DNA from: Acidilobaceae archaeon
Lineage (GTDB): Archaea; Thermoproteota; Thermoprotei_A; Sulfolobales; Acidilobaceae
Direction: 5' to 3'
DNA length: 32,044 nucleotides
NCBI GenBank assembly: GCA_027057815.1
Contig: JALURD010000110.1
Location: forward strand, 1-32,044
Shown: positions 23,453 to 32,044 of the stretch, piece after piece
Position numbering within the stretch: position 1 is the stretch's first letter
Layout of the letters: every line of letters begins with the position of its first letter
Program-made: the position numbers and the translations under genes
The notes under the pieces: generated by a model
Databases searched by the model: none
Told to the model about the DNA's origin: nothing
The model's input: only the letters and a program-made list of their open reading frames with translations

Positions 23453-26272
23453 ATGAAGTATAGCAGTAGAGAAGTACTACATGATAAGATAGAGGCCCTA
23501 GTAAAAGAAAGGGGCTGGGCAGGCCTTACTAGCCTGCAGAGGAATGCAGCTGCCGCAATTACTAGCGGCTATAATGTCTTGATAGTAGCTCCGACGGGTG
23601 CTGGGAAAACGGAAGCCGCGCTACTCCCCATACTCTCAATGATGCTTGAAAGTAAACCTGAACCTGTCACTGTACTCTACATAACCCCAATGAAAGCCCT
23701 AATCAACGACCTGTACGCCAGGATCAAATGGTGGGCCGATAAGCTAGGTTTCCGCGTTTCAAGGAAACACGGCGATACGCCAACCAAGGAGAGGGCTGCA
23801 AGACTTCGTAAAGTGCCTCATATACTCATAACAACACCCGAAAGCCTAGAGGTTGACATGGACTGGTCATCCGCGTTTAGGAGGCACCTCGCCAACGTTA
23901 AATACGTTATAATAGACGAGGTACACGAACTAATAGGAAGCAAACGTGGCGCCCAACTACTTGTCCTACTGGAGAGGCTGAAGAGGTTCTCAGGCACCGA
24001 CTTCCAGAGGATAGGTCTCAGTGCTACCATACCGAGACCCGAGGCTGTACTCGAGACCATTTCTGGCTCCAGTAAAAGACCTCGCAGAGTAGTTGGCGAT
24101 GGCGGAGTTAAATCAATGGAGCTAACAGTCAAATACGTAAAGGAGAACGTCAAGGACATCTGGGTTGAGTCCGCAAAGAGAATACTGGAAGAAATAGAGC
24201 CCCAATCACTTGTCTTCACTAACAGCAGATACGCGGCTGAAAAGCTAAAAGAGGCACTAGAAGAACTTGGAGTCCAAGATGTGTATGTACACCACTCAAG
24301 CGTCTCGGCTGAAGTAAGAGAAGAAGCGGAGCGCAACTTGAAGCGGGGCTCGATAAAGGCAATAGTATGCACTAAAACTCTCGAAGTAGGAATAGATGTC
24401 GGTAAAATCAAGAAGGTAATCCAGTATAGAGCGCCTGGAAGTGTTGCAAGCCTCATCCAGAGGACAGGTCGCAGCGGCCACTCTCTAACTGAGAAGCCGA
24501 GAGGCAGCATTGTCACCATAGGCTGGCTTGACTTCGCTGAAGCTATGGCTGAAGCCTACTTGGCTCTCAAAGGAGCCATAGAGGATAAACTTAAGGGGCG
24601 CTTAATCCCCCTAGACGTCGCTGCTAAGGAGATAGTAGGAATGGCTCTTCAGGGCGGTATAACGCCAGAGGAAGCAATCGACATAATTCTCTCGTCAGCC
24701 CCTGAGACAGGATTATCACGGATCGAGCTAGAAGAACTGATCACATACCTGCAAAAGACCGGCATGATAAAGATTGAGAACGGCATCCTAAAAGCGGGCC
24801 CGACATTCTACAAGATCTGGAGATTCCAAGGTGCAGACGTTAAGCTATGGTGGACTCGATCCTTTACAGAGTTCTTCTCGACGATAAGTTCGAGAGACGT
24901 TTTCACCGTGTGGAATGGCGATAAACACATAGGTAACGTTGACTCAGTATTCGTCTACAAATACTTAAGAATCGGGGACACCATGCGACTAGCCGGCAAG
25001 ACGTGGAGGATCAAGACAATAGACCCGTACCAGTCTCGCATACTTGTAGAACCAGCTAATGAAGCTGCAGAAACCCCCTTATGGAAGGGCGAGGGGCCTC
25101 GTAGGAGTCCTGTTGTAGCCGAGTACTTTGGAAGAATTCTAGAAAACCCCGACATCCCCGAGGTTAAGAGCGACCCTGAAGGGATTTCCGATATCAAAAG
25201 GGTTAGGAGCGAGTATACGAAGAGAGGTATACCAATACCAGGTAGGAGAAGAGTAATCTATGAGAGATACCTACATGAACACATATTCACCGTTCTATTG
25301 GGTAGTGGCGCTAACGAAGCCATAGCACTAGTACTGGCCCATCTTGCTTCAAAGCATGTAGGCCTGAACGTATACTACCGAGCTAACTTCTTCGGGTTCT
25401 CGATACATGCCCCTAACATTGACGTGCTCAGCATGCTGAAATCCCTTGATCCTGACGAATTCCTTGACATACTGGACGTTGCCGTAGAGAGGAGTCCATA
25501 CATGACGCAGGTAATAAGAAGTCTGCAATTAGACTTCGGCAAAATAGACAAGCCAGACGAAGATGAAGACGAGATACTATTGAGGGAAGCTAAGAGGCAA
25601 GTAATCGAGAATTACCTAGATGTCGAAGAAGCAATTTCATTCCTCGAAGACCTTAGATCTGGTGATGTTGAGATACACATCGCTGGCGCAGGCGGGCTGA
25701 CGCCACTCTCGAAGGAGATACTCTCCACCCCTGCAATTAAACCATGGGTCCACGATCTAGCAGAAAGAATAGCAAAGCTACTCCACGACAATGCATTAAC
25801 AGTATTCGAAATAGCTGACCTCCTCGAGCTTTCACCTAAAACCGTCGAGGCAAAACTTAAGGAGATGAGGAAACCTTCGTATGGCAATATGAGGGTTATA
25901 GCCTTCATCGACATCGACGAGGACGATGTAAGGTGGACTCTGCTATCAAGCCTTGAAAGCATCGCTAACAGCGAGGAGTTCCAATCAAGCTTTGATCCGC
26001 CGAACCTTGATGAGCCGTTAAGGATAACCTATACGGTAGAAGGCCTTGAGAGAGCAGCAAGAGAAGTTGTCGTGACACCCAGGATACTCTCTGAAATGCG
26101 AGATAAACTGGTCATATTCCCCGAAGAAATGCATAAAGTAGTAATCAGGAGCGCTTACAGCAGCGGAGGCAGAAACGAACCACACGTAGTCTACTATAAT
26201 GTGCCAAGATCGGCACTACCGCTACTCGTCAGGAACGCTGCAGCGTACCTTTCAGGTAAAGATTATTGGTGA
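23453..26272 (+). CDS. lhr: Lhr-family (large helicase-related) superfamily-2 DEAD/DEAH-box helicase
   Basis: Motif I APTGAGKTEAA, motif II IIDEVHELIGSKRGAQL, SAT, motif VI QRTGRSGH. A long C-terminal winged-helix/domain-4-like region. 939 aa. Confidence 0.87.
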   Translation: MKYSSREVLHDKIEALVKERGWAGLTSLQRNAAAAITSGYNVLIVAPTGAGKTEAALLPILSMMLESKPEPVTVLYITPMKALINDLYARIKWWADKLGFRVSRKHGDTPTKERAARLRKVPHILITTPESLEVDMDWSSAFRRHLANVKYVIIDEVHELIGSKRGAQLLVLLERLKRFSGTDFQRIGLSATIPRPEAVLETISGSSKRPRRVVGDGGVKSMELTVKYVKENVKDIWVESAKRILEEIEPQSLVFTNSRYAAEKLKEALEELGVQDVYVHHSSVSAEVREEAERNLKRGSIKAIVCTKTLEVGIDVGKIKKVIQYRAPGSVASLIQRTGRSGHSLTEKPRGSIVTIGWLDFAEAMAEAYLALKGAIEDKLKGRLIPLDVAAKEIVGMALQGGITPEEAIDIILSSAPETGLSRIELEELITYLQKTGMIKIENGILKAGPTFYKIWRFQGADVKLWWTRSFTEFFSTISSRDVFTVWNGDKHIGNVDSVFVYKYLRIGDTMRLAGKTWRIKTIDPYQSRILVEPANEAAETPLWKGEGPRRSPVVAEYFGRILENPDIPEVKSDPEGISDIKRVRSEYTKRGIPIPGRRRVIYERYLHEHIFTVLLGSGANEAIALVLAHLASKHVGLNVYYRANFFGFSIHAPNIDVLSMLKSLDPDEFLDILDVAVERSPYMTQVIRSLQLDFGKIDKPDEDEDEILLREAKRQVIENYLDVEEAISFLEDLRSGDVEIHIAGAGGLTPLSKEILSTPAIKPWVHDLAERIAKLLHDNALTVFEIADLLELSPKTVEAKLKEMRKPSYGNMRVIAFIDIDEDDVRWTLLSSLESIANSEEFQSSFDPPNLDEPLRITYTVEGLERAAREVVVTPRILSEMRDKLVIFPEEMHKVVIRSAYSSGGRNEPHVVYYNVPRSALPLLVRNAAAYLSGKDYW

Positions 26273-26290
26273 CACTCACTATTTCATCTT

Positions 26291-26956
26291 GTGGGGGCGT
26301 ATTCCTTGAAACAGGACACCTCTGCCTCCAGTATCCTGGAAGAGGAGGCTCTCACGTTAGCTAGACTTCGAAGCAGCCTGGCATCGTATAGTGGAGAGTA
26401 CATTGAGGCAGCCAGGGAAGCGGAAAAGCTTCTCCTCATAATAGAGAACTTCTTAGTATACGCGTCGTCAACCGAGCATAGGGCCGCTTTAAGGTCAGCA
26501 ACTCTTATAATAAGCAAACTGCGTGCCCTCCACGAACTTAAGGATGACCCACCACGTCTACTGACTGAAGCATATAAAGTGGCCAGGATTGCAGCCTTAG
26601 CCCAGGCATATGCAGAGGCATCCCTTAAAGTTTACCTCTTCGTCTTGAGCGTTTCCGTCATATTAGCTAGCATAGTCTTCGCCTCTGCATTCCTCTATAC
26701 ACCACTAAGCATTTGGGCTGTAGCCATTCTCTCAACAGCCCTGGGCCTACTCATAGGTGCTACCCTACTCGCCAGTAAGTCATATTCCATTCTGTTGGCT
26801 GTGACATCACTGGTAGCATACCTCTTTGTGTTAGGCGCCAACATACCAACAATAGCGGAGGCCCTCATCATAGTTACCGGCTTCGCCGCCTCAGAACTCT
26901 TAGGATATAAGGGTCTCACCAAGATAGAGAAGGTGACGGGCTTTGAGGCCAGCTGA
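26291..26956 (+). CDS. Hypothetical membrane protein: ~115-aa helical cytoplasmic N-domain plus about 4 TM helices
   Basis: GTG start 19 nt after the lhr stop; overlaps the next gene by 14 nt. Hydrophobic C-terminal half. No family recognised. Confidence 0.55.
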   Translation: MGAYSLKQDTSASSILEEEALTLARLRSSLASYSGEYIEAAREAEKLLLIIENFLVYASSTEHRAALRSATLIISKLRALHELKDDPPRLLTEAYKVARIAALAQAYAEASLKVYLFVLSVSVILASIVFASAFLYTPLSIWAVAILSTALGLLIGATLLASKSYSILLAVTSLVAYLFVLGANIPTIAEALIIVTGFAASELLGYKGLTKIEKVTGFEAS

Positions 26957-27662
26957 TGCCGCTACGCTTCTTCAAGGTATATTCGCTGGCCTCTCAATAC
27001 CCCTCGGGATAGCCGGACACTATGACACCGCCATAAGATTACTCTTCGTTTCTTACGCTCTCGACGTCTTAGACGGATGGCTAGCCCGGAAGTACGGCTC
27101 TAGCCCTGATGGCTTCTATCTCGATAGGGCTTTCGACAGGCTCTCCCAGGTGATAGCGCCAGTAACCCTTCTACTTCTATGGCTTAACTCTCTAAGCATG
27201 CTCTCCGGCTATAATTTAGTGACGCTTTCCGTATACTTCTCTGGTATAGTGACCGTTTCACTCTGGAGGCTTGTTAAGAGAGGCGTCAAGAGCCTAGCCT
27301 ACTTTTCGGGCCTTCCTATGTTTGCTCACGCCATCATTGCACTTTCATCAATCATATCTAGCGAGCCGCCAGAGCCTCTGCTACTTCTAGCTCTGCTTGC
27401 AGCTTCAGCCGTCCCGATACCATATTTTCGGAGAGGACTACGCCAGCAGACCCCGAGCCCCGCGCCCTGGCTGCGGCTTGCTATCCTCATAGCATTAGCA
27501 CTGATCCCCTATAACCATGAACTCATACAACATATAGCTAGGCTTCTATTCTGGACCATAGTAGCCTACGCTATTATCGGGCCCATCCCGGCTCTCGTGG
27601 GACTCGCCCCTTCGCCTTGGATGGAGGGCGGCACTCACGATGGTCAACATTCCACTCATTGA
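26943..27662 (+). CDS. CDP-alcohol phosphatidyltransferase family protein (archaeal polar-lipid or inositol-phosphate headgroup transferase; subtype not resolved)
   Basis: Signature D-x2-DG-x2-AR-x7-G-x3-D-x3-D is present as DVLDGWLARKYGSSPDGFYLDRAFD. Polytopic, 239 aa, TTG start. Confidence 0.8.
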   Translation: MRPADAATLLQGIFAGLSIPLGIAGHYDTAIRLLFVSYALDVLDGWLARKYGSSPDGFYLDRAFDRLSQVIAPVTLLLLWLNSLSMLSGYNLVTLSVYFSGIVTVSLWRLVKRGVKSLAYFSGLPMFAHAIIALSSIISSEPPEPLLLLALLAASAVPIPYFRRGLRQQTPSPAPWLRLAILIALALIPYNHELIQHIARLLFWTIVAYAIIGPIPALVGLAPSPWMEGGTHDGQHSTH

Positions 27663-28140
27663 GGATCCCCGCCTGGCGGTATTCGTGGCCAGCCTGTTGC
27701 CTAGCATAGAGGCCAGATACGCGTTAATATTAGGCCTAGCGTTGGGTCTCGGCTTAATTGATGCATTGATTTACTCAGCCCTCGGAGTACTAGTGCTATC
27801 CCTCGCACTAGCAGCTACCATCGAGTGGCTAGATAAACTGCTGACTAGATGGGCCTCGAGAGATGGGCTGCGAGGCTTTACCGGAAGACTCTACATTAGA
27901 CTTAGGGGATCGGCTGCGAAAAAGGCTGGTCCATACATCGAGAAATGGGGGGCTATAGGCTTGACTCTCTTCATCGCAATCCCCCTACCCGTTACAGGAA
28001 TGTATACAGGATCTCTCGCAGCTTTAATTCTCGGAGTTAGAGGGCCAAAGCTGATCCTAGCCCTGATGCTGGGCGGCTTGACAAGCCTCCTGATTGTAGT
28101 CGCAGGCTCAGCAGTAGCTCAGAGAGCATTCCCGGGGTAA
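27640..28140 (+). CDS. Small membrane protein resembling the 'small multidrug export protein' (COG2426-like) family
   Basis: The N-terminal LLPSIEARYALILGLALGLG resembles the P-x-x-E-x-R...G motif of that family. About 4 TM helices. Overlaps the previous gene by 23 nt. The assignment is from memory only. Confidence 0.45.
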   Translation: MVNIPLIEDPRLAVFVASLLPSIEARYALILGLALGLGLIDALIYSALGVLVLSLALAATIEWLDKLLTRWASRDGLRGFTGRLYIRLRGSAAKKAGPYIEKWGAIGLTLFIAIPLPVTGMYTGSLAALILGVRGPKLILALMLGGLTSLLIVVAGSAVAQRAFPG

Positions 28141-28254
28141 CACCTAGGAGTACCTCCCCAAATCCTAACCCTATGGTATAACCATTCGGAGCGCCGGGGG
28201 AGGAGGCCCCTTAGCACTTAGCTTTAGCCAGCGGCTCAGGGAGGTGTTGATGCA

Positions 28255-31200
28255 ATGATCATTCCTAAGTACAGAAGGGCATGCCCAAACTGCGGTGGGG
28301 AGGCAAGCGCTGAAAGGCTAAGCAAGGGTCTACCCTGCGCGGCTTGCCTCCCTGAGCCGCCTAAGTCAATTGATGTAACTGGAGTAGCCGCTGCTTTAGC
28401 AAGGAAGGGATCCCTGGCCGGTTACACTTGGCTCTACGCGCTAGAAACCGAGTATAGGGACTTCTCCAAATACTTTAACGAAAAGACCGGGTCTACACTG
28501 TGGAGTGCTCAGAGGAGCTGGGCTAGGAGGCTCCTGGGACTTGAGAGTATGGCCATCATAGCTCCAACTGGAGTAGGTAAGACAACCCTACTCACGGTAT
28601 ACGCTTCCTATAGGGCTGCAAAGAATAACTGGAGAGTACTCTACCTAGCGCCGACTGAGAACTTGGTTAAACAAATAGCATCTAAAATAGAGGCGCTTGA
28701 GCAAGGGATATGCGTATGGTATGCCAGCAGTGCGGGTAAAAAGATCAAAGAGGAAATGCTCGGTCGCCTAGAAAACGGGGACTTCTCGATTGTAGTAGTG
28801 ACTACTGGTTTCTTACAGAAGAGGTTTGACTTACTTCTGAAGCATGCACCTTTCAACTTGATAATAGTTGACGACGTTGACAGCCTCCTTAGGAGTAGCA
28901 GGAATGTAGAGAGAGTACTGCAACTCCTAGGCTACAGCGATGAAACCATTAACAAGGCGCTGGACCTCGTGAAAGCTAGGCTTGCCCTATACACAGCGCT
29001 AGCCCAAGGTAGAGAAGATAAGGTGGAAGAGATTAGAAAGCAGGTAGCCCTCCTTGAATCGGATCTCCGTCGGCTAGCAGGTGAGCCTCTAGGGCAGTTG
29101 GTCATTGCGAGCGCTACTGGAAGACCTAGGGGGTACAAACACTTAGTATTCAAGGAGCTCTTAGGCTTTGAGGTAGGTGGCGGCTCGGATTACCTTAGAA
29201 ACGTGGAAGACGTTTATTATATAACAGAAGATCTGACTAGCGGCGTGATCGATATAATAAAGAGGTTGGGGCCGGGTGGCATAGTATTCGTATCACAAGC
29301 GTATGGAAAAACGTATGCCAAGCTGCTTGTTGACAAACTGAACGCCTCAGGCATCCCGGCTAGTTTGGCTCTTGCAGGCAGTCGTAGGGCAGTCGAGCAA
29401 CTCGAGAAAGGATTAGTATGGGTTATTGTAGGGGTAGCCTCCAGGTATGGGGTAGTAGTTAGAGGTATCGATTTACCTGAGCAAGTTAGGTACACAGTGT
29501 TCTATGGGACTCCTGGAAGACTAATGACACTATCCGATGCCCTCAAAAGCCCCGCTAGGCTACTTAGAGTCTTGCTCTATCTATCAGATCAAGGCTTTGA
29601 ATGGGCCCGTGAGGCAGCATCCACAATCAGAAAGCTCCTCGACAGGATCCCTGACCCATCAATAATAGCTGCCGCTATTCAAGGCAAGATCAAAGCTGAA
29701 GGACTTCTCGCCCGCTTAGTGAATGAGATTGAAAGTGCAAGCAGCGAAGCCGAAACCGTTCTCCGTTCGATGCTCGAAGAAAAAGATACAATAGTAGTAG
29801 GCAGCATAGTTATCGAGAAGACCAAGAGGGGCGATATTTTAGTTTTTACACCTGACGCTCCAACGTATCTGCAAGCTAGTGGAAGAGCTAGCAGACTGTA
29901 CAGAGGCGTCATGACCTTCGGACTAAGTATAATCGTGGACTCCAAGATAGACCATATAGTAGCATTGGAGAACAGGCTTTCATGGATGTCGAAAGCTAAA
30001 TTCAAGCCATTCAGTAGAGTCAACCTTAACCATGCATTAAAGAAGATTAGAGAGACGAGGAAAGGCATAGGAAGGAAAGTATCTGTAAAAAGCGTCCTCC
30101 TCGTAGTAGAGAGCCCGACAAAGGCTAGGACCATAGCTTGGTTCTGGGGTAGGCCGTCAAAGAGAAGGATAGGTAAACTCGTGGTGTACGAGACTAGCAC
30201 CTTAGATCCTCGGAACGGCACAGTGTACCTGCTTCAAATCTCCGCCACCAGAGGGCACATCTATGACCTCGCCGTGGATGACCATGAAAGCCTATATGGC
30301 GTTCACATCAATGGTACTATAGTGGAACCCATTTACACAACCATCAAACGCTGCCGCTCCTGCGGCCACCAGTTCACTCAAGAGACCACAGCATGCCCGC
30401 GATGCGGATCCGCTATGATAACTGACTCTCAATCGGTAATCGATGCTCTAAGAAAACTTGCAGTAGAAGTTGACGAGATCATAGTAGCCACCGACCCAGA
30501 CAGAGAGGGCGAGAAGATAGCATGGGACGTTTTCTTAGCACTTAAACCGTATAATCCGAGAATATCTAGGGGCTGGTTCCACGAAGTAACCCCTGAAGCC
30601 ATATTAAATGCTCTAAGAAACCCTTCACCATTCAAGAAGAAACTTGTAGAGTCTCAAATAGTCAGGAGGATAGTTGATAGATGGATAGGTTTCGCGCTAA
30701 GTGAGCACCTATGGAGCAAGTTTAGCAAACCCTGGCTTGGAGCTGGCAGAGTTCAAACTCCTGTGCTCGGCTGGGTTATTGAAAGATACTATGAATGGAA
30801 AAGGACAAGAGGCTATAAAATAATAGCCAACATTGACGGATTCCGTGTAAGCTTCTTCACAGATGACCGGGATAAAGCGCGTGAGGCAAAGAATGCTAAG
30901 GCAGTTAAAGTTGTCAGTGTAGAGAGGTGGGTCGAGGAAGTAAGCCCGGCACCGCCCTTTACCACAGACTCGCTAATATACGAGGCTGGAAGGCTATATG
31001 GCTATCCCGCATGGCTTGTAATGAAGTTGGCGCAGGACCTCTTCGAATCCGGACTTATAACATACCATAGGACCGACTCAACGCGCGTGAGCCCTGCAGG
31101 CATGGCTATAGCTAGGAGTTATCTGGAAGCCCATGGTCTTGGAGAGCTTTATCGAGGTAGGTCTTGGGGAGAGGGTGGCGCCCACGAAGCGATAAGGCCG

Positions 31201-31878
31201 ACTAGGCCGTTAGACGCTAGTGAAGTCGAGAGGGCAGTGCTTGAGGGCTCACTAAGAATGCCGATTAAATTAACGAGAGCTCACTTGAAGCTATACGACT
31301 TAATATTTAGGAGGTTCATTGCTAGCCAGATGATTCCCTCTAAACTCGAGAAGGCTAGGCTAACGCTAAGGATGGCTGGAGTGGAGGAAGAGATAGTCAT
31401 AGTTACTGGAATAGTGAAAGAAGGATTTACTGCTGTCTATAAGCCTAAGATAGCTCCATGGGCTTCATACGTGAATCCTGGCGACGAGATCCCCATAAAT
31501 GAAGTCAAAGTTGTGCGAGCTAGCCGGGTAAGACTACTAAAGAGCGGGGATTTAGTTAAGTTAATGAAGGAAAGAGGCCTTGGGAGGCCCAGTACTTACG
31601 CTAAAGTTATAGAAGCAAACAGAAGGCATGGTTACATCATTGAGAGCAAGAAGATAGGTTACTTAATTCCAACCAAACTCGGAATGGAGGTATACAACTA
31701 TCTAACTGCAAACTTTGCAGAGCTAGTCTCAGAAAGTACAAGCCGAAGACTGGAAGAGGTACTCGATGCTATAGAAGAAGGTAATATGTCAGCCATAGAC
31801 GTCCTCAACGAGACATGGAGGTTAATATCAACGTCCATAACAGCTGCAGAGGCAGCTACTCTCGGAGTCGGAGCCTAA
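28255..31878 (+). CDS. rgy: Reverse gyrase (helicase-like domain fused to type IA topoisomerase)
   Basis: N-terminal Zn finger CPNCGG...CAAC, Walker A APTGVGKTT, VDDVD, Toprim VVESPTKARTIA and ATDPDREGE, second Zn finger CRSCGH...CPRCGS, catalytic Tyr context ITYHRTDS. 1207 aa in a single uninterrupted ORF. Confidence 0.97.
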   Translation: MIIPKYRRACPNCGGEASAERLSKGLPCAACLPEPPKSIDVTGVAAALARKGSLAGYTWLYALETEYRDFSKYFNEKTGSTLWSAQRSWARRLLGLESMAIIAPTGVGKTTLLTVYASYRAAKNNWRVLYLAPTENLVKQIASKIEALEQGICVWYASSAGKKIKEEMLGRLENGDFSIVVVTTGFLQKRFDLLLKHAPFNLIIVDDVDSLLRSSRNVERVLQLLGYSDETINKALDLVKARLALYTALAQGREDKVEEIRKQVALLESDLRRLAGEPLGQLVIASATGRPRGYKHLVFKELLGFEVGGGSDYLRNVEDVYYITEDLTSGVIDIIKRLGPGGIVFVSQAYGKTYAKLLVDKLNASGIPASLALAGSRRAVEQLEKGLVWVIVGVASRYGVVVRGIDLPEQVRYTVFYGTPGRLMTLSDALKSPARLLRVLLYLSDQGFEWAREAASTIRKLLDRIPDPSIIAAAIQGKIKAEGLLARLVNEIESASSEAETVLRSMLEEKDTIVVGSIVIEKTKRGDILVFTPDAPTYLQASGRASRLYRGVMTFGLSIIVDSKIDHIVALENRLSWMSKAKFKPFSRVNLNHALKKIRETRKGIGRKVSVKSVLLVVESPTKARTIAWFWGRPSKRRIGKLVVYETSTLDPRNGTVYLLQISATRGHIYDLAVDDHESLYGVHINGTIVEPIYTTIKRCRSCGHQFTQETTACPRCGSAMITDSQSVIDALRKLAVEVDEIIVATDPDREGEKIAWDVFLALKPYNPRISRGWFHEVTPEAILNALRNPSPFKKKLVESQIVRRIVDRWIGFALSEHLWSKFSKPWLGAGRVQTPVLGWVIERYYEWKRTRGYKIIANIDGFRVSFFTDDRDKAREAKNAKAVKVVSVERWVEEVSPAPPFTTDSLIYEAGRLYGYPAWLVMKLAQDLFESGLITYHRTDSTRVSPAGMAIARSYLEAHGLGELYRGRSWGEGGAHEAIRPTRPLDASEVERAVLEGSLRMPIKLTRAHLKLYDLIFRRFIASQMIPSKLEKARLTLRMAGVEEEIVIVTGIVKEGFTAVYKPKIAPWASYVNPGDEIPINEVKVVRASRVRLLKSGDLVKLMKERGLGRPSTYAKVIEANRRHGYIIESKKIGYLIPTKLGMEVYNYLTANFAELVSESTSRRLEEVLDAIEEGNMSAIDVLNETWRLISTSITAAEAATLGVGA

Positions 31879-32044
31879 CATAAACTATGAGCCGCCTCCT
31901 CCCCCGACGCCTCCTCTCTATACCCATTCCGCCACCTACCTGCACTACTCTACCATCGCTCTCTCTTATGACCTCATTAACAATGTCGGCTAGCATACAA
32001 GCATTTTCCCTCGTTGATTGAAGCTCCACTTCCTCTACACCTGA
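31856..32044 (-). CDS. Possible 3' end of a CDS entering from the right window edge (unidentified; Arg-rich tail)
   Basis: Hand translation of the minus strand from 32044 is open for 62 codons (...ENACMLADIVNEVIRESDGRVVQVGGGMGIERRRRGRRRLIVYVRLRLRE) to TAG at 31856-31858. It overlaps the rgy 3' end by 23 nt. No family recognised, and it could be non-coding. Confidence 0.2.
   Translation of the reverse strand, partial: SGVEEVELQSTRENACMLADIVNEVIRESDGRVVQVGGGMGIERRRRGRRRLIVYVRLRLRE

Noticed and set aside
23818-24519. 233-aa minus-strand ORF inside lhr. Similar long antisense ORFs occur at 16296-16883, 8271-8807, 8792-9235, 11550-11984, 29679-30221, 25612-25962 and 405-605.
   Set aside because: All lie antisense to, or out of frame with, genes that have strong family motifs. 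Their products are low-complexity Ser/Leu/Pro/Arg-rich 'shadow' translations with no motifs, and 16296-16883 even spans a gene junction.
28255-31878. Reverse gyrase was checked for an intein, a split gene or a frameshift.
   Set aside because: It is a single uninterrupted 1207-aa ORF with all helicase, Toprim, Zn-finger and catalytic-Tyr motifs in the normal order. There are no intein blocks and no extra-length insert.
1-32044. Whole-window search for CRISPR repeats, transposase or integrase genes, terminal inverted repeats, toxin-antitoxin pairs or known defence genes.
   Set aside because: No regularly spaced direct repeats and no recognisable mobility or defence motifs were seen. The gene content is housekeeping throughout, so I do not claim a mobile or defence island.

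Overview
This is a densely packed, core-chromosome-like window from a hyperthermophilic crenarchaeote. That assignment is inferred from gene content: reverse gyrase, Alba, TFB, aIF2-beta, L14e, TmcA and a tungsten AOR-family enzyme. There are about 30 CDS on both strands with short or overlapping junctions. I found no rRNA, tRNA, CRISPR array, transposase, integrase or obvious defence island.

Recognisable genes, left to right: Alba, a DsrE-like/TusA-like pair, glycerate 2-kinase, an M28 peptidase, dUTPase, a MacB/FtsX-type ABC exporter (permease plus ATPase), a 7-TM protein with a small Cys-rich protein, a MoaD-like protein divergent from a FOR-like tungsten oxidoreductase, TFB, mevalonate kinase, a DHPS-like protein, DERA, a CBS protein, TrmI, TmcA, aIF2-beta, L14e, a TRASH/L24e-like protein coupled to a fused MoaD-MoaE, Lhr helicase, three membrane/lipid genes, and reverse gyrase.

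I see no clear novel system. The observations most worth follow-up are:
1. A pterin-cofactor theme. Both MoaD-type sulfur carriers have blocked GG termini (a MoaD-MoaE fusion and a GG-LI tail), and a TRASH-like metal-binding protein is translationally coupled to the fusion.
2. A 7-TM protein plus tandem-Cys4 mini-protein operon just downstream of the ABC exporter.
3. A roughly 75% GC structured element in a convergent intergenic gap, a candidate ncRNA.
4. A cysteine-less DsrE-like/TusA-like pair.
5. A TFB with a degenerate Zn ribbon.
6. Strong over-representation of the palindrome GGGATCCC in all reading frames.

All functional calls come from motif recognition by eye. None has been checked against a database.
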